Of a stretch of 64,000 nucleotides of DNA, positions 1-12,727 are shown piece after piece. The stretch is from assembly GCA_004431415.1 (NCBI GenBank), contig QPMI01000095.1, positions 248,001-312,000 on the forward strand, written 5' to 3'. The DNA is from Cyanophora paradoxa CCMP329. Its lineage: Eukaryota > Plantae > Glaucophyta. The notes under the pieces were generated by a model. It searched no databases. It was not told the DNA's origin and saw only the letters and a program-made list of their open reading frames with translations. The translations under genes were made by a program, and so were the position numbers. Within the stretch, counting starts at the first letter, position 1; every line of letters begins with the position of its first letter.

Positions 1-3000
1 TGGTACCTGCCCCGGCGCTCGGCCCGGGGGCGCCGGGCGGGGGGCTCGGGGCGGGGGCGTACACGTCGTGCTGGATGGGGCGGAGCTCGTCGTGGACCTC
101 GAGGAGGCCGGCGGGGGCGACGTCGGCCCGCCCCGGCGATATGATCTGCCAGGAGCCGAGGTTCGCGCGGCGGCGCAGCGCGGGGTCCATGCGGCGGAGG
201 ATGGCGGAGAGGGCGAAGAGCGGGCTCCCGCGCAGGACCTCCTCGGTGAAGAGGGCCGCCACCCAGGCCTCGGCGCTGAACGCCAGCGCCAGGTAGGCCG
301 CCTGCGGCTGCAGCGAGCCCTGGAAGAGGTCCACCAGGGCGCCCAGCGCGGTCCGCATGCGGTCGGTGCAGGCCTTGAGGTGGAGGAGGGCGGGGCCGCT
401 CTTGAGGGGCCCCGCCTTGAGCCGGTTGAGCTCGTGGAGGCAGTCCCAGAGGGCGGCGTCGTCCAGCGAGAGGCACGCGTTCTCGAGGACGAGGCCGGCG
501 GCGTGCAGCTGCTGCTCGAGGTCGCCGGCGGCGCCGAGGGCCTCGACGGCGAGGCGCCCGGCCTCCTCCATGCCGGCGTCGAGGAAGAGGAGGTCGCGGA
601 GGACGTGGCCCTCGCTCTGCTCCAGCGCCCCCCGCAGCTTGCGCCGGAAGCTCGTGATCCGCTCCAGCTGCGCCGCGTTGTCCCAGTGGCCGCGGTTCCA
701 GAGGATCGAGTCGAGGTGCTGGTTCATGCCGTGGTCGAGGCAGTAGCGGGCGCCCTGCGAGACCACCTCCAGGTCGCCGCCGCAGTGCACCGACTTGAGG
801 ATGCGCAGGTACTCGTTCATGTCCCACACCAGGCCGTCCTTGCAGTGCCAGTGCATGGCGGGGTCGCAGCGGATGGGGCGCTCGTAGGCGGCGAGCTTGG
901 CGCGGTCGAGGCCGCGGGAGGCGAGGTGGCCCCAGAAGGCGTCGAGGGAGCCGTTGTTGCAGAGGAAGGCGAGGTACGCCTCGCAGATCGGCACGTCGTC
1001 CGGCGTCGTGTTGTTGTGCAGCTTCTGGTGCCACTGCTCCCTGCGCCCCGCCCTCAGCCTCGCCGCCCCCAGGGGCGGGGCCGGCGGGCGCGGCGGGGCG
1101 GGACGGACAGGAACGTGTTGGGGTCCTCGGGGAGGCGGTGGCGGTGCATGATGTTGAGGATCTCGTCGCGGATGCGCTGCCCGTTGCCCCCGCCCTTCCC
1201 CAGCATCGGCAGCATCATCCGCGCCAGCTGCCGCGTTCCCGGCGCCGTGCGGTACACTTGCGCGATTTGCATCGTCAGGCCGTCCTGCGCCGCCGCCAAG
1301 ATCCTGCCCCGCCGCCTCAGCGCCGGCCGAGCGCGGCGGCCGGGGGCGCGGACCGAGGCTGCGTGTTGTAGTTGCGCTGCCAGTCGAGCTGGCGGATGAA
1401 GGAGAAGCGGAGCCAGGCGTAGAGGAGGGCCATCTTGTCGAAGTCGCCGGCCGCGCCCGGCAGCAGCTCCGCGCAAAGGTTGTAGCGGTGCATGAGGGTC
1501 CAGGAGAAGGCCTCGGCCTCGCCCTCGATGATGCGCTCCGCCATCTGCGCGTCCAGCACGCCGGGGCGCGGCCCCTCGACGACGCCGCGCAGGGCCACGA
1601 AGAAGCAGCCGCCCTGCACGGGGGCCCGCATCTGCACCTGCGGACTCGCCGCGCTGCGGCGCCTCAGCGGGGCCGGGGCCGCCGGGGGGCGCGGAGCGGC
1701 GCACTCCGCGAAGAAGAAGGCGAGGCCGCGGGGGCAGGCCTTCGCCGGCACCGTCACCTCGATCATCGCCAGCCCGCGCCCGTCTGCCCCCCTCTCAGCC
1801 CCCGCCCCGCCCCGCCCCCGAGCGCGACCAGGCGCACCGCAGGCGGGGAAGGGGGTCATGCAGGCGGCGCCTTCGGTGCGGGAGCCGGGCGGCTGCATCT
1901 CTGGGGGCGGCGCGGCGAGGGCGTGGCGGCGGGGGGCGAGGCTCCAGTGGAGGAGGGTGCCCGGGCGGTCGGTGACCCAGCGCACGCGGTGGCGCTCGGG
2001 GCCGCGGACGAGGAGCACCTCCGCCCCCGCCTCCTCGTCCAGCGCCGCCGCCGTCCACTCCACCGCCTCCGCCGCCCCTCCGCCCCGCCGCCTCTGCCGC
2101 CAGCGCCGCCCGCACCCGCACGTCCCGCAGCGGCGACGGCCGCGGCGGCTGCAGGCGGAAGGAGAAGTTGGCGCCGCGGGACTTGAACCAGGCGGGGCGC
2201 CCGCCGGGGCCCGGCTTGTGGAGGACGAAGTGGAGGGCGAGGGGCAGCCGTCGAGCGCCGCCTCCACGGCGACGGCGTACACCTGCTCGCCCGAGGCCCC
2301 GCCTCGGGCCGCACCGCCGCGAACGGCGTCCGCACCGCCAGCGCGTCCACCGCCGCCGTCCCCGCGGCCACATCGCCGCCGGCGGCTGCACCCACTCGTG
2401 CCGCGCCCGCGGCGAGACGCCCCAGTGGAGCACGAGCCCGGCCTCGGGCGTGCTCAGCACGGCGCGCACGCGGCCGGCGGCCTTGAAGAGGCGGGCGGTG
2501 AGCTTGCCCCGCAGGCCGTCGATCTCGAGGAGGCCGCCGGCCACCTCCTCCTCCCCGGGCCCCGCCTCCAGCGCCTCGAAGCCCACCTCCGGCGCCTCCT
2601 GCGCTGGCGCTGCGCGGCCTCTCGGAATCAGAGAGCTGCGCGTTCGCTACGGAGCGCCGCGCACCGGCTGGGGCCGGGGGCGGCGAGGGCGTCGAGGCGG
2701 TGGGGGCCTTGGGGGCCTCGGGAGCGGCGGGCTCGCGGGGAGCGGGCTGGGCCGACGGGGCCGGCAGCTCGGCCTTGGGGAGCTCGATCCTGCCGCACGC
2801 TCAGGACGCCGCCGGGGTGGCTGCGGGGCGGGCCGGAGGCACCAGAAGTGGCCGTCCTCCACGGGGGTCTTGATCCAGCGGTTGGGCGCCGTCGCGCTGC
2901 CGCCCCGTGAGGCGCGCGGCGCGGCGCGGCGGCGGGGCGGCGGGGCGGCGCACTCGCGGAAGATGAAGACGATGGCGTGAGGCAGGTCGGCGCAGACGGG

Positions 3001-6000
3001 GAAGCGGAGGTGCAGGGCGTGCACGCCGCGCTCATCCGCCTCCGCGGGGAACGCGCTCTCGCACGCGATCCCGCTCACCGTGCTCCCCGCAGGCATCCAC
3101 TCGCGCGCCGGCAGCCGCCAGTCGCGCCGCTGGCGCGCCTGGCCCCAGTGGAGGACTGCGGGAGCTCAGGGGGGCGGGGGGCGGGGGGCCGGGGGGCCGG
3201 GGCGGGCACCGAGGCCGGGCCGGTCGACGAGGAGCTCGAGGTCGACGACGCCGGCCTCCCGGCGCACCACCGCGTCGCATCCGTGCTCCTCCTCCAGCTC
3301 CAACTGCACCACCCGCACCCCCTCCCCCGCCCCGTACCCCTCCCGCAGAGCCCGCAGCGGGCTCTGCGCCCCACGGCGCGGCTCGCGGCGGAACGGAGGC
3401 GCCGGAGGGGTCGGAGAGCGACGCACGACGCGGGGCGGCTGCAGGCGGAAGGAGAAGTTGGCGCCGCGGGACTTGAACCAGGCGGGGCGCCCGCCGGGGC
3501 CCGGCTTGTGGAGGACGAAGTGGAGGGCGAGGGGGCAGCCGTCGAGCGCCGCCTCCACGGCGACGGCGTACACCTGCTCGCCCGAGGCCCCCGCCTCGGG
3601 CCGCACCGCCGCGAACGGCGTCCGCACCGCCAGCGCGTCCACCGCCGCCGTCCCCCGCGGCCACATCGCCGCCGGCGGCTGCACCCACTCGTGCCGCGCC
3701 CGCGGCGAGACGCCCCAGTGGAGCACGAGCCCGGCCTCGGGCGTGCTCAGCACGGCGCGCACGCGGCCGGCGGCCTTGAAGAGGCGGGCGGTGAGCTTGC
3801 CCCGCAGGCCGTCGATCTCGAGGAGGCCGCCGGCCACCTCCTCCTCCCCGGGCCCCGCCTCCAGTGCCTCGAAGCTCACCTCCGGCGCCTCCTCCTTTGC
3901 CGCCTTTGGCGCCGGCTCGATCTTCGGCGGCTCGGCCGCCGACGCGGGGGCGAGCGCGGGTTCTGGCTTGGGTGCCGGGGCCTGTGCGGGGGCGGGTTCC
4001 GGGGCGGGCGGCTCGGGGAGCTCGACGAAGAAGTGGCCGTCGCCGGTGCTCGCCTTTATCCAGCGGTTCGGCCCCGATTTGCTGCCGGCCCCTCAGGCGC
4101 CGCCGGGCGGGCTGCGCGGGGCGGCGGGGCGCACTCGCGGAAGACGAAGACGAGGGCGCGCGGCTGCTCCGGCGAGAGCGGGAAGCGGATCGGCAGGCTC
4201 GCGATGCCCCGCATGTCTGCCACCCCCTCGGCGCCCCGCCGAGTGGCCGCGGCGCGGCGGGGCGGGGCGGACGGACCGAGCTCGGGGAAGGGGGTCTCGG
4301 CGGCGATGCCGACGGGGAGGCCGCCCTCGGGGATCCAGGCCGGGGCGGGGGCGCGCCAGTCGCCGCGCGCGGCGGCGACGCCCCAGTGGAGGACGAGGTC
4401 GGGGCGATCCACGGAGACAATCGCCAGCACCTCCTTCGCCAGCGCGTTCTGCGGCGCCATTAGCGGGGCGGCCGCTGGGGCGGGGGCGCGGGGGCGGGGC
4501 GCGCCCTGCGGACGGTGACGTCGCAGGCGTGCTCGTCCTCGTCGAGCGCGAACGTGTGCACCGCCGCCCCCGCCGCCACCGCCCGCTGCCGCACCACCGC
4601 CAGCGGGCTCTGCGCACCCCGCTCGCCCCGGCGCGGCGCCCGGGGGCCGGACAGCGCACCACGCGGGGCGGCTGGAGTCGGAAAAAGAACTCGCCGCCGC
4701 GGTGCTTGTACCAGCAGTTGCCGGCCGCCCTGCGCGGCGGTCGGGGGCGTGCTGGGGCGCGGGCGCGGCGGCGGGGCGCACCGGGTGAGGACGAAGCGGA
4801 CGGCGAAGGGGCAGCCTTCTAGGTTTGTTTCGATGGAGGTGCCGTGCAGCGCGCCGGCCTCCGCCCCGTCGGCCGGCAGCAGCCCCGTCCGCACCGCGAT
4901 CTTGTCCGCCTGCGCCGTCGCCCCCCGCGGCCACATCGCCTGCGGCGGCAGCACCCACTCCGCCTGCCGCTTGGACGTGACGACGCCCCAGTGGAGCACG
5001 AGGCCGGGCTCGGGCGTGCTCAGCGCCGCCCGCACGCGGCCGGGGGCGAGGAGGACGCGGGCAGTGATCTTGCCGCGCAGGCCGTCGATGTCGAAGGCGG
5101 TACAGGAGAGCTCCTCCTCGCCGGGGCGGGCGGCGAGCAGGGCCGCGGCGATCGTCAGCCTCGGCGGGGGCGGCAACTCCACCGCGAAATCCCCGCCGCT
5201 GTTCTTGATCCACCGGTCCATCGCCGCCGCGCTGCGCCGCACGTCGTCGGCGCAGGTCGTGGGCGGGGCGGGGGCGGGTGCACTCGCGGAGGACGAAGCA
5301 GAGGCCGCCCTGGGGCTGGCCCACCACGGGGATCTCCAGCGTGATCGCCGCGACGCCGCGCTCGTCTGCGCGCCGCGGTGAGCGCTCGCGCGGGGGCCGG
5401 GGGGCAGGCGCGCCGAGCTCGGGGAAGGCGGTCTCGGCGGCGAGGTGGAAGAACTTGGAGCCGGCGGGGGCCCAGGGCTCGGGCGGGCGCCGCCACTCGC
5501 CGGTGCGGTCCCAGAGGCCCCAGTGGAGGACGAGGCCGGGGCGGTCGACGCGGAGCTCCACGCGGTTGACCGCCTCCGCGTGCTTTTGCACCACCACCAC
5601 GTCGCAGTGGTGCTCCTCCTCCACCCCGAACGACCACACGCGCGCTTCCTTCGGCAATCCCGCCCGCAGCCGCCGCAGCGGGGACTGCCCGCGCGTCAAG
5701 GTCGAGCAGGCGCGCGTCCGGCAATCGCTAAACCGAGGCACCTCGCGGGGTGGCCGCAGCCGAACGCTGAAGTTCAGACCGCGGCATTTGTACCAGCACC
5801 GCTATAAAAAACTAATGAAAAAGAAACCATAGGAAATAAAAAGAAAGTTAAAGCACACCGGGTTGTCCGATCTGCGAGACAGGCATGGCCAGGGCCGAAA
5901 TATATGTCAGCGGACCAACCACCCGGCGCGTTGCAAGAAGAAAGAGAAGAAAGACCGCGTGAGGGAGAAATGAATAGCCAGCGGGCACTTGTCCGCGGGC

Positions 6001-6672
6001 GCAGTGAAGATGACTCCGTAGGCCTCATCTGCAGAAGTGTTTCAAACATCCCAAAGAGGGCGAACCAGAAGTGTATCAAACATCCAAACAAGGCTATGCG
6101 CTATGTGCGCTATGTGCGTACCAGGAATGGACGACGTTGTCTTTTTGAGAGGTACGCGGCACGAGATCGAATCCGCTTGAACGGTGCCCTCCGGTCGAAG
6201 GTTTTCATCGGGCAGTGCCCACTCTGGTTGCAGTGAATTGAGGCGTTAGCCACCCCAACGACACCGCTCGCACTAGAAGTAGCGGTTGTCAGCTTACCGT
6301 GTCTCGCCTCAGGGGAGACGCCCCAGTGCAAAACTACGACGGCAATCAGTGGATCTGAATGTTTCAAGTTCAGGAAAAATGGGCACCGAGGTGAGGCTCG
6401 CGGCTGAAAACGGCGAGGCGCACTTTCCCGCCGCAGCGGATCAAGCGGGCCTGGACGCTAAAGCTGTTCCCGTCAACGTGGTGTACTTCGGTGCGCAGGA
6501 GATCTTCTGCAAACGCTTCCCGCGCGTCGAGAAGCTCGCTGTCAATCGGCTCCACCACTTTCAATTTGGCCGGCGCTACCGCGACGGATGCGTTTGATGG
6601 GGCTGCTGCCTCGAACGCCTCATTCTGTGCGAGCGACGGCGCCAGGTCGTCGACGGGCGCGGCGGGCGCCAT
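1..6672 (-). CDS. GWD: Alpha-glucan water dikinase (R1/GWD-like), multi-exon, 3' part beyond window start; N-terminal array of CBM45-like starch-binding modules
   Basis: Minus-strand exons encode GWD core motifs GGGNGQRIRDEILNIMHRH and EQWHQKLHNNTTPDDVPICEAYLAFL (about 960-1200) and YAWLRFSFIRQLDWQRNYNTQPR. Repeated LVLHWGV...EW..PP...A.ET.F...FV....W.K..G.NF modules lie upstream. ATG at 6672 (MAPAAPVDD). Confidence 0.88.
2145..3890 (-). repeat. Near-identical internal duplication (about 450 bp) of one CBM45-like module: about 2145-2600 vs 3435-3890
   Basis: Both copies read ggctgcaggcggaaggagaagttggcgccgcgggacttgaacc...cacctccggcgcctcct. Differences are mostly 1-nt changes in homopolymer length. 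Confidence 0.9.
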
Positions 6673-6904
6673 GCGGCCGGCGCGACCGTGATAACGCCCT
6701 CCGGCGAGCGCGGTAATACAAAATCGCTGCTTAATACAAAATCGGCTACGACGGCGGAGCGGCCGTTAACGTTGGGCCGGGGTTGCGGCGGCAGCCGGTT
6801 CCGCGGCACTGTACCCAGCACCAGCTCCTTCCCCGGCCGGGACTTCGTTCGCATGCAAGCTAGCGGTATTTATGATCGCTAGCTAATCGACATCAGCACA
6901 GGTA

Positions 6905-9900
6905 CTAGTTGGCGTCGGTCGTGGATTGGGAGGGGGCGGGGCCCGAGGTGACGACAGAGGTAGCAAGGGGTGTGGAGGAGGGGAAGTAGGCGCGCAGCAC
7001 GGCGCGCACGTCCTCGATTGTCAGCCTCTGGTAGAACTCGGCGATGTGCCTGCGCCGGCCGACGAGTGATTAGGCTCCGATGTGCACTGGCCATGGCGCC
7101 GGCCGGGGCGCGCGCGTGCGAGGCAGAGCTCGAGGGGGCGGGCCGGGAAGCTAACGGGCGGGCGGCGCCGGTGCGGACCGGACGCAGTGGAGGGACTTGC
7201 GGGAGCCCGGCGTGGCTAGATGAAGCATGGCATTGAGGTGGAAATCTGCCGCTTAGATTTACATTGCGAAGCATCTGGTGGCAGCGAAGAGGGGTGGGCA
7301 CCGTTAGAGGAGGCGAGGGCGGTGCGGACGGTCTCGACGAGGGGCCGCAGGGCCTGCTGGAACTCGGCGGGGGAGGGCCCCGCCTCGCGCAGCTCCTCGA
7401 GCACGCGGCGGATCTCCCCCAGCGTCACCTCCACCTTGTCCGGGAAGGCCCCCGCCAGAATGTAGCTCACCCCGCACCCCATGAACTCGAACTGGACCCG
7501 CGTCAGTTGACCCGTGGCCGGTGACTGCGAGGGGAGGCGAGGGGCGCGCGACCGCGCACGTGCAGCGAGGACATGGACGCGCTGTCGGAGGCCGCGGGCC
7601 GGCGGCGGCGCGCCTCAGGGGACGAGGGGGCGCGCAGCGCGGCGCGGCGCTGAGGGGCACCTGTAGAGGAGGGACTTCTTCTCGCGGACGTCGGCGTAGA
7701 GGCGGTTGTTGACGAGCTCGTGGACGACCGTCAGCACCCGCACCACGTACAGCGGGTGGCCCCGCACCGAGGCCGCCTCCGCCCACGGCGCCCCCTCCCC
7801 GGCTGCTGGCGGCGGCGCGCGGGGCGGGTCGGCCGGCCAGGCGGGGGCGAAGGGGGCGAAGGAGACGCCCGAGGCCTCGCCCCACTTGGAGGAGGACGGG
7901 AAGCCGAGGGCCAGGACGGCGCGCGCGTTCTCCGCGTCCCCCACGTGGCCCCGCCACTCGCGCGGCGCCGGGGAGAAGCGGAGCTCGCGGCGCATGGCGG
8001 CGAGGGGCGGCGGGGCGGGGAGCTCGGGGAGGGGCAGGGTGCCGAGGAAGCGGAGGAGGGCGCGCTCGAGCTCCTCGGGCTCGAAGTCGCCCACCACGCT
8101 CACCTGCCGCCCCGTCGCCACGGCCCCCGGCGCCGCGCCGCGGGGCGGGCGGGCGGGCCTCGAGGGAGCGGAGGTGGCGGGCGACGGCGCGCAGGCAGCG
8201 CTCCGGGGTGAGGGCCTCCAGCGCCCGCCGTTCCAGCGCCACCAGCCGCCCGTCCCCTGCCGGCGGACTCGGCGCGCGGCGGGGGGGCCGGGCGGGGCGG
8301 GGCGGGCCCTGGGGCTCGGAGAGGAGGCGGAACATGTTGTTGAGGGCGAGGCGCTCGGGGTTCTTCTCGAGGAGCTCGCAGGCGAGGAGCTCCTCGCGCA
8401 GGACGCGCGCGAAGGTCCCCGCGTGCACCGCCGGCTCCGCCAGCGCCCCGTGCAGCAGCTCCAGCGCGGAGGCGACACCGCCGTCCGTCACGGAGCACGA
8501 GAGGGTCACGCACAGGCGCTCGCCTGTAGCTCGTGAATTACGAGAAACTTTTACAAAAATTATTTCTTTAGCTCCGGAAGTATTTATTATAGAAATATTT
8601 TAAAACTTACTGTCCGCGCCGCCCCGCAGCCCTACGCCGCGCAGGGCAGCCCACCGACTGACAATCTCGGGCGCCAGCCCCCCGGCGGCTCCTTCGACGC
8701 AGCAACGCAGACCCACCGATATCTGCAGCCTTCGACGTTAGCTGCAGCCATCGATATCGGGACTCGAGCGCGCAGCCATCGGCTATCGGCGGGCCCAGCC
8801 GCGCACCGCGGCCGAGTCCTCCAGCTCGGGGGCCGCCCCCGCCGGCACCCCCGGGTCCCGCTCGAGGGCACGGCCCCCGGGGCTCGCCACGCGGAACTGC
8901 ACCTGCTTCCGCTCGAAGTCCGTGCGCCGGTAGGCCACGCGGATGCCGTTGCTGAGGGCGAGGAAGGAGTAGCCACCGACGGGATCGAACCAGCGGGCCA
9001 GGGGCCCCTCCCCGGCGAGCGCGGCGGCCCGCTCGAGGCGGAGGTCGGCGGGGGCCTCGGGGCCCGAGAGGCGCGGGTCGTCGATCGGGACGAAGGCCGG
9101 CGCGCACGCCGCGAGGCGCGCCTCCAGCCCCGCGGGGTCCACGATGTGCTGCGGGATCTGCTGCCGCGCCGGCGCCTCCGCCCCCTCCGCGACCGTCGCC
9201 GCCACCAGAGCCGCCACCGCCTCCGCCGTCAGGCCCACCGGCCTCCCGCTGCCATCCGCGTCCGGCCCCGCCACCTCGCTCACTGCGCCAGCGTCGCGCG
9301 CGGCGGCGGGCGGACGGCGGGCGGGGAGGGCTCACGTGAGGGCGGGCCGTACACGAAGAGGAGGGAGGGCGAAAGCAGATAGTAGTCGCTCTCCGCGGCG
9401 GGCCGCGGCGCGGGGAAGCCGCCCTCGAGCAGGCCTTGGCCCACGCCCCAGGGCCCCGCCACCGCCTCCGGCCCCGCCCGCGCCACCAGCTGCGGGGGCG
9501 TCAGGGGCGGGGCGCCGGGTGGCGCGGGAGGGGCGGGACCTCGTAGGTTCGCGGGAAGGCGAGGACGAGGTTGTAGAGCTCGGCGGCGCGCCGGTTGACC
9601 ATCTCGAGGGAGAGACGGGGCAGGAGGGCGCGGTACTGGCGCAGCGTCTCGGTACGGGAGAGGGTCAGGCTGCCCCCCTCGAGGTCGCCCAGGAGGGACT
9701 CCATCAGGTCCTCGCTGTCCAGCGTCTCGTCCTGTTCTGCGGCCAGCTCGCTCTCTTTCATGAACTGCGCTTCCAACTGTCAGACTCTGCTCTCCCGCCG
9801 ATCCCCGTCAAAAAGCCCGACCTGCGCCACGCTGTGCTCGTACTCCTCCGGCGTGAGCCTGCGCTCCGCCCGCCCGCTTGCGCCTCGGCGGCGCGGGGCG

Positions 9901-11572
9901 GGGCGGGGTGGGGCGGGGCGGGGCACCCGTGGGCGGCGAGGCGGACGGCCTCGCGGACGGCGGCCTGGAGGGCGGGCCGCCAGTGCTGCGGCAGCGCCGT
10001 CACCGTGAGGCTGTTCACCGCGCACGCCTCCCGCGTGCTGTCCGAGTAGCTCCAGCTCAGGCTCTGGAAGGGGCACGGCGCCCCCTCGTGCCCCTGCAGC
10101 AGCGCCTCCGTCCGCGCGTCGAGCGCCATCCCGCACACCTGCCCGCCCCGTCAGCCGGCGCCGCGGCGGCAGCGGCGGCGGCGGCGGAGCGCGCCGTGTC
10201 GCAGATCTGCCAGAGGAGGTCGCGGCGGCGCTGCAGCGGCGCCATCGGCAGTTTCACGGCGAACGTGAACGTCACCGCCTTCAGCAGGTCGCTCTGCGCC
10301 GCGCCTCAGCGGCGTCGCGCGGCCGCCAGCGGCGGGGGTGGGAGAGCGCCTCGTAGATGACGAGCGGGGCCGGCGGGAGGGCCCCGAAGCGGTGCTCCAC
10401 GGGCGGCGGCCCGCGCGGCGCCGCCGGCAGCTCGGCGGCGGCCTCGGGGCGGGGCGGGGCGGGGCATGGGCCAGGCGGGCCCGCGGGCGCGGGGCGGCTC
10501 GGGGCCGAAGGTGGCGCGGGCGAGCCGCTCGACGTCGGAGGCGCGCACGTCGCCGACGACCACCAGCGACATGTTCTCCGGCGCGTAGTGCCTGCCCCCC
10601 GCCCCCTCGCCCCCGCCCCGCCCCCCGAGGCTTCCCGGGGGGCAGACCTCTCGTAGAAGGCTCGCACGTCCGCCGCGCTCCAGCCCTTGATCTGCTCCTC
10701 CTGGCCGATGGGAAAGCGGTTGGGAAGCGCCGTCTCGGGGTGCTGCTGCTTGAACATCGCGACGGTGAGGCGGTTGTCGATGGTGTTGCGCATGGCGACT
10801 TCGGAGAGGATGGCGCCCCGCTCGCTCTCCACCCCCCCCTCCTCGATTTTCGCCCGGAACGCAAGCTCGTGCAGGATCTCGATGCACACGCCAAGGTTCT
10901 CCTCACCGTCCCCCTCCCCCTCCCCGTCATCCTGCCTCGCCTCCTCGCTCTCGTCGTCCTCGGAGCCGCGGGTCGGGGCGGAGAGCGTGTACACCGTCTG
11001 CCTGAAGTCCTGCGCAAGATCGTCAGCAACACGCCCCTTTGCGGAAAGCAACAGGCGCCACGGAATCCATCTACGCAAGCGCCGAGGCGAGCGCGGGCAC
11101 ACCGTGAAAGCGTTTGTGTCGCCTGCCGCAGCGTCAATCTCGGATGATGGGCCGCATTACGATTTGGGCGGACCACCGAAGCTCATGCCTAAGCGCGCCA
11201 GCTTTCTCCGAAGCACCTCCGACGACTCGTACTTCTCCGTCTACGCGAGTGCGTATGTGAGCGCGTGCGCACGGCCGCAGAACGCCGCACCGCTCACCCC
11301 GAGGAACACGACGTGCTCCAAGTAATGCGCGATGCCCTGCTGGTCCTCCGCCTCGTTCAAGCTGCCGACGCGAACCTGGAGGAAGCACGACACGCGCTCC
11401 GGCGGCTGGACAGCGCTCGGTCGACGTTTGGATGACGCAATGTGCAGCTAAACAATGCAGCTAAGCGCACGGTTGAGTTCTCGAGGACGATGTAGCTGAA
11501 GCCGTTTTGGAGCGCACCGCGGGTGAGCCGCGGATGTTCCTCAACCGGCGCATCGAGCTCTGCATCGTCCAT
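6905..11572 (-). CDS. Peptidase family M16 zinc protease (stromal processing peptidase / PqqL-like), multi-exon
   Basis: N-terminus GALQNGFSYIVLEN..PPERV..LQVRVGSLNEAEDQQGIAHYLEHVVFLG carries the inverted HxxEH zinc motif (about 11305-11345). Also ERGAILSE..MRNTIDNR, LPNRFPIGQEEQI, LSNGIRV and LYADVREKKSL. Last exon ends TTDAN* at 6905. Confidence 0.85.
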
Positions 11573-11666
11573 CGCCCCGGTCTGGCTGCCCCAGTCCCTA
11601 CGGTCACAGTCCCGGTACCCCCCGCCTGGGGGATACAGCGTCAGGCGGGGCCATCGCTCTGCAGGG

Positions 11667-12727
11667 ATGGCGATCCAGGTGGCCCCGTTTGCTCTTTATC
11701 TCTCGCCCGGCATTTTCCTCCCAATCCGAGCCGCCTTCGCCCGGGGGCCGAGCAGCTGTCTGATTCCCCCTGCGCACCAGGTCCACTACGTACCGATCTT
11801 TGCCACTATCGTAGGCTCTATCGCGCACTGGGCCTATGACAAGGTTTCTGGCAAGAAGCACGCGCGAGTGTTCGCGGAGCGCATGCTCCAGTACATCCTC
11901 TGCCTTGCCTTGACTCTCCAAGGCTTCCTCGGGTGCGTTCGGAAGCTTCGCAGTCTTTTCCGCACCCCCCAGCTCCGCGCGCGATCCGCATTATTTGAAC
12001 TTCGTCGCAGCTGGTACACGCACCGCTTCCACGGCCACACCGTTGCGACCGTGCGTTTATCGAATGTTTCCTATCGCTTCGCGCGCGCGATGTACCTTCC
12101 TCATGCTGCGCGCAACAGGATATGGACTGGCCCCCTGGCAACCCCTTCCAGCAGGAGGTCGGCGGGACCAACCTGCTCTTCGGTGAGCCTCGCGCAGCTG
12201 CGCGTACTCCCACGACGCGAAAAGCTGAATCCGCACTCCCTCGACAGGTTTTCTCGGGATCGGGTGCATGATCTACGAGGGCACCTTCTGGCTCGCGACC
12301 GGCATCGCCAACGCGGTCTTCATTGGCAATGCGTCTTACGTCCACTATTGTGAGCCCCCTCGACCCTGCGCGAGGCCGGGATCTGCGGTCGTCGAGCTGG
12401 GGCTGCAGACGAGTGGGTGTACAACAACAACCTGTCCCCTGGCAACTGCGGCGTGCACCTCGCCGGCGACCTTACTCAGACCGGTGCGTCTGCGCTAGTT
12501 GATTCGAAGCTGCGGCGCGCCGCTTTTACTGATTGCCGTCGCCAGTGACTCTGTGCTGCCTCCTGATCTACTACTTCCTCGCGCACCGCTCGACCCACTT
12601 CGCGGTGCAGAAGAAGGGCCGCTCGAAGGCGGCCGCTGCTGCCGCAGCCGCCGCCGCCGCCGCGGGCGCCACTACCCCGTCGCGTATGACGACGCGGTCG
12701 GCGTCGCGTGCCTCGAAGAAGGACTGA
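11667..12727 (+). CDS. DUF6790-like small multi-pass membrane protein, multi-exon
   Basis: Spliced exons give YILCLALTLQGFLG..H.FHGHTVA...GLAPGNPFQQEVGGTNLLFGFLGIG...FWLATGIANAVFIGNASYVH....NNLSPGNCGVHL..D. This matches the recalled DUF6790 pattern (PFQ.EVG.AN..G...H....N..PGN.G). Confidence 0.6.
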
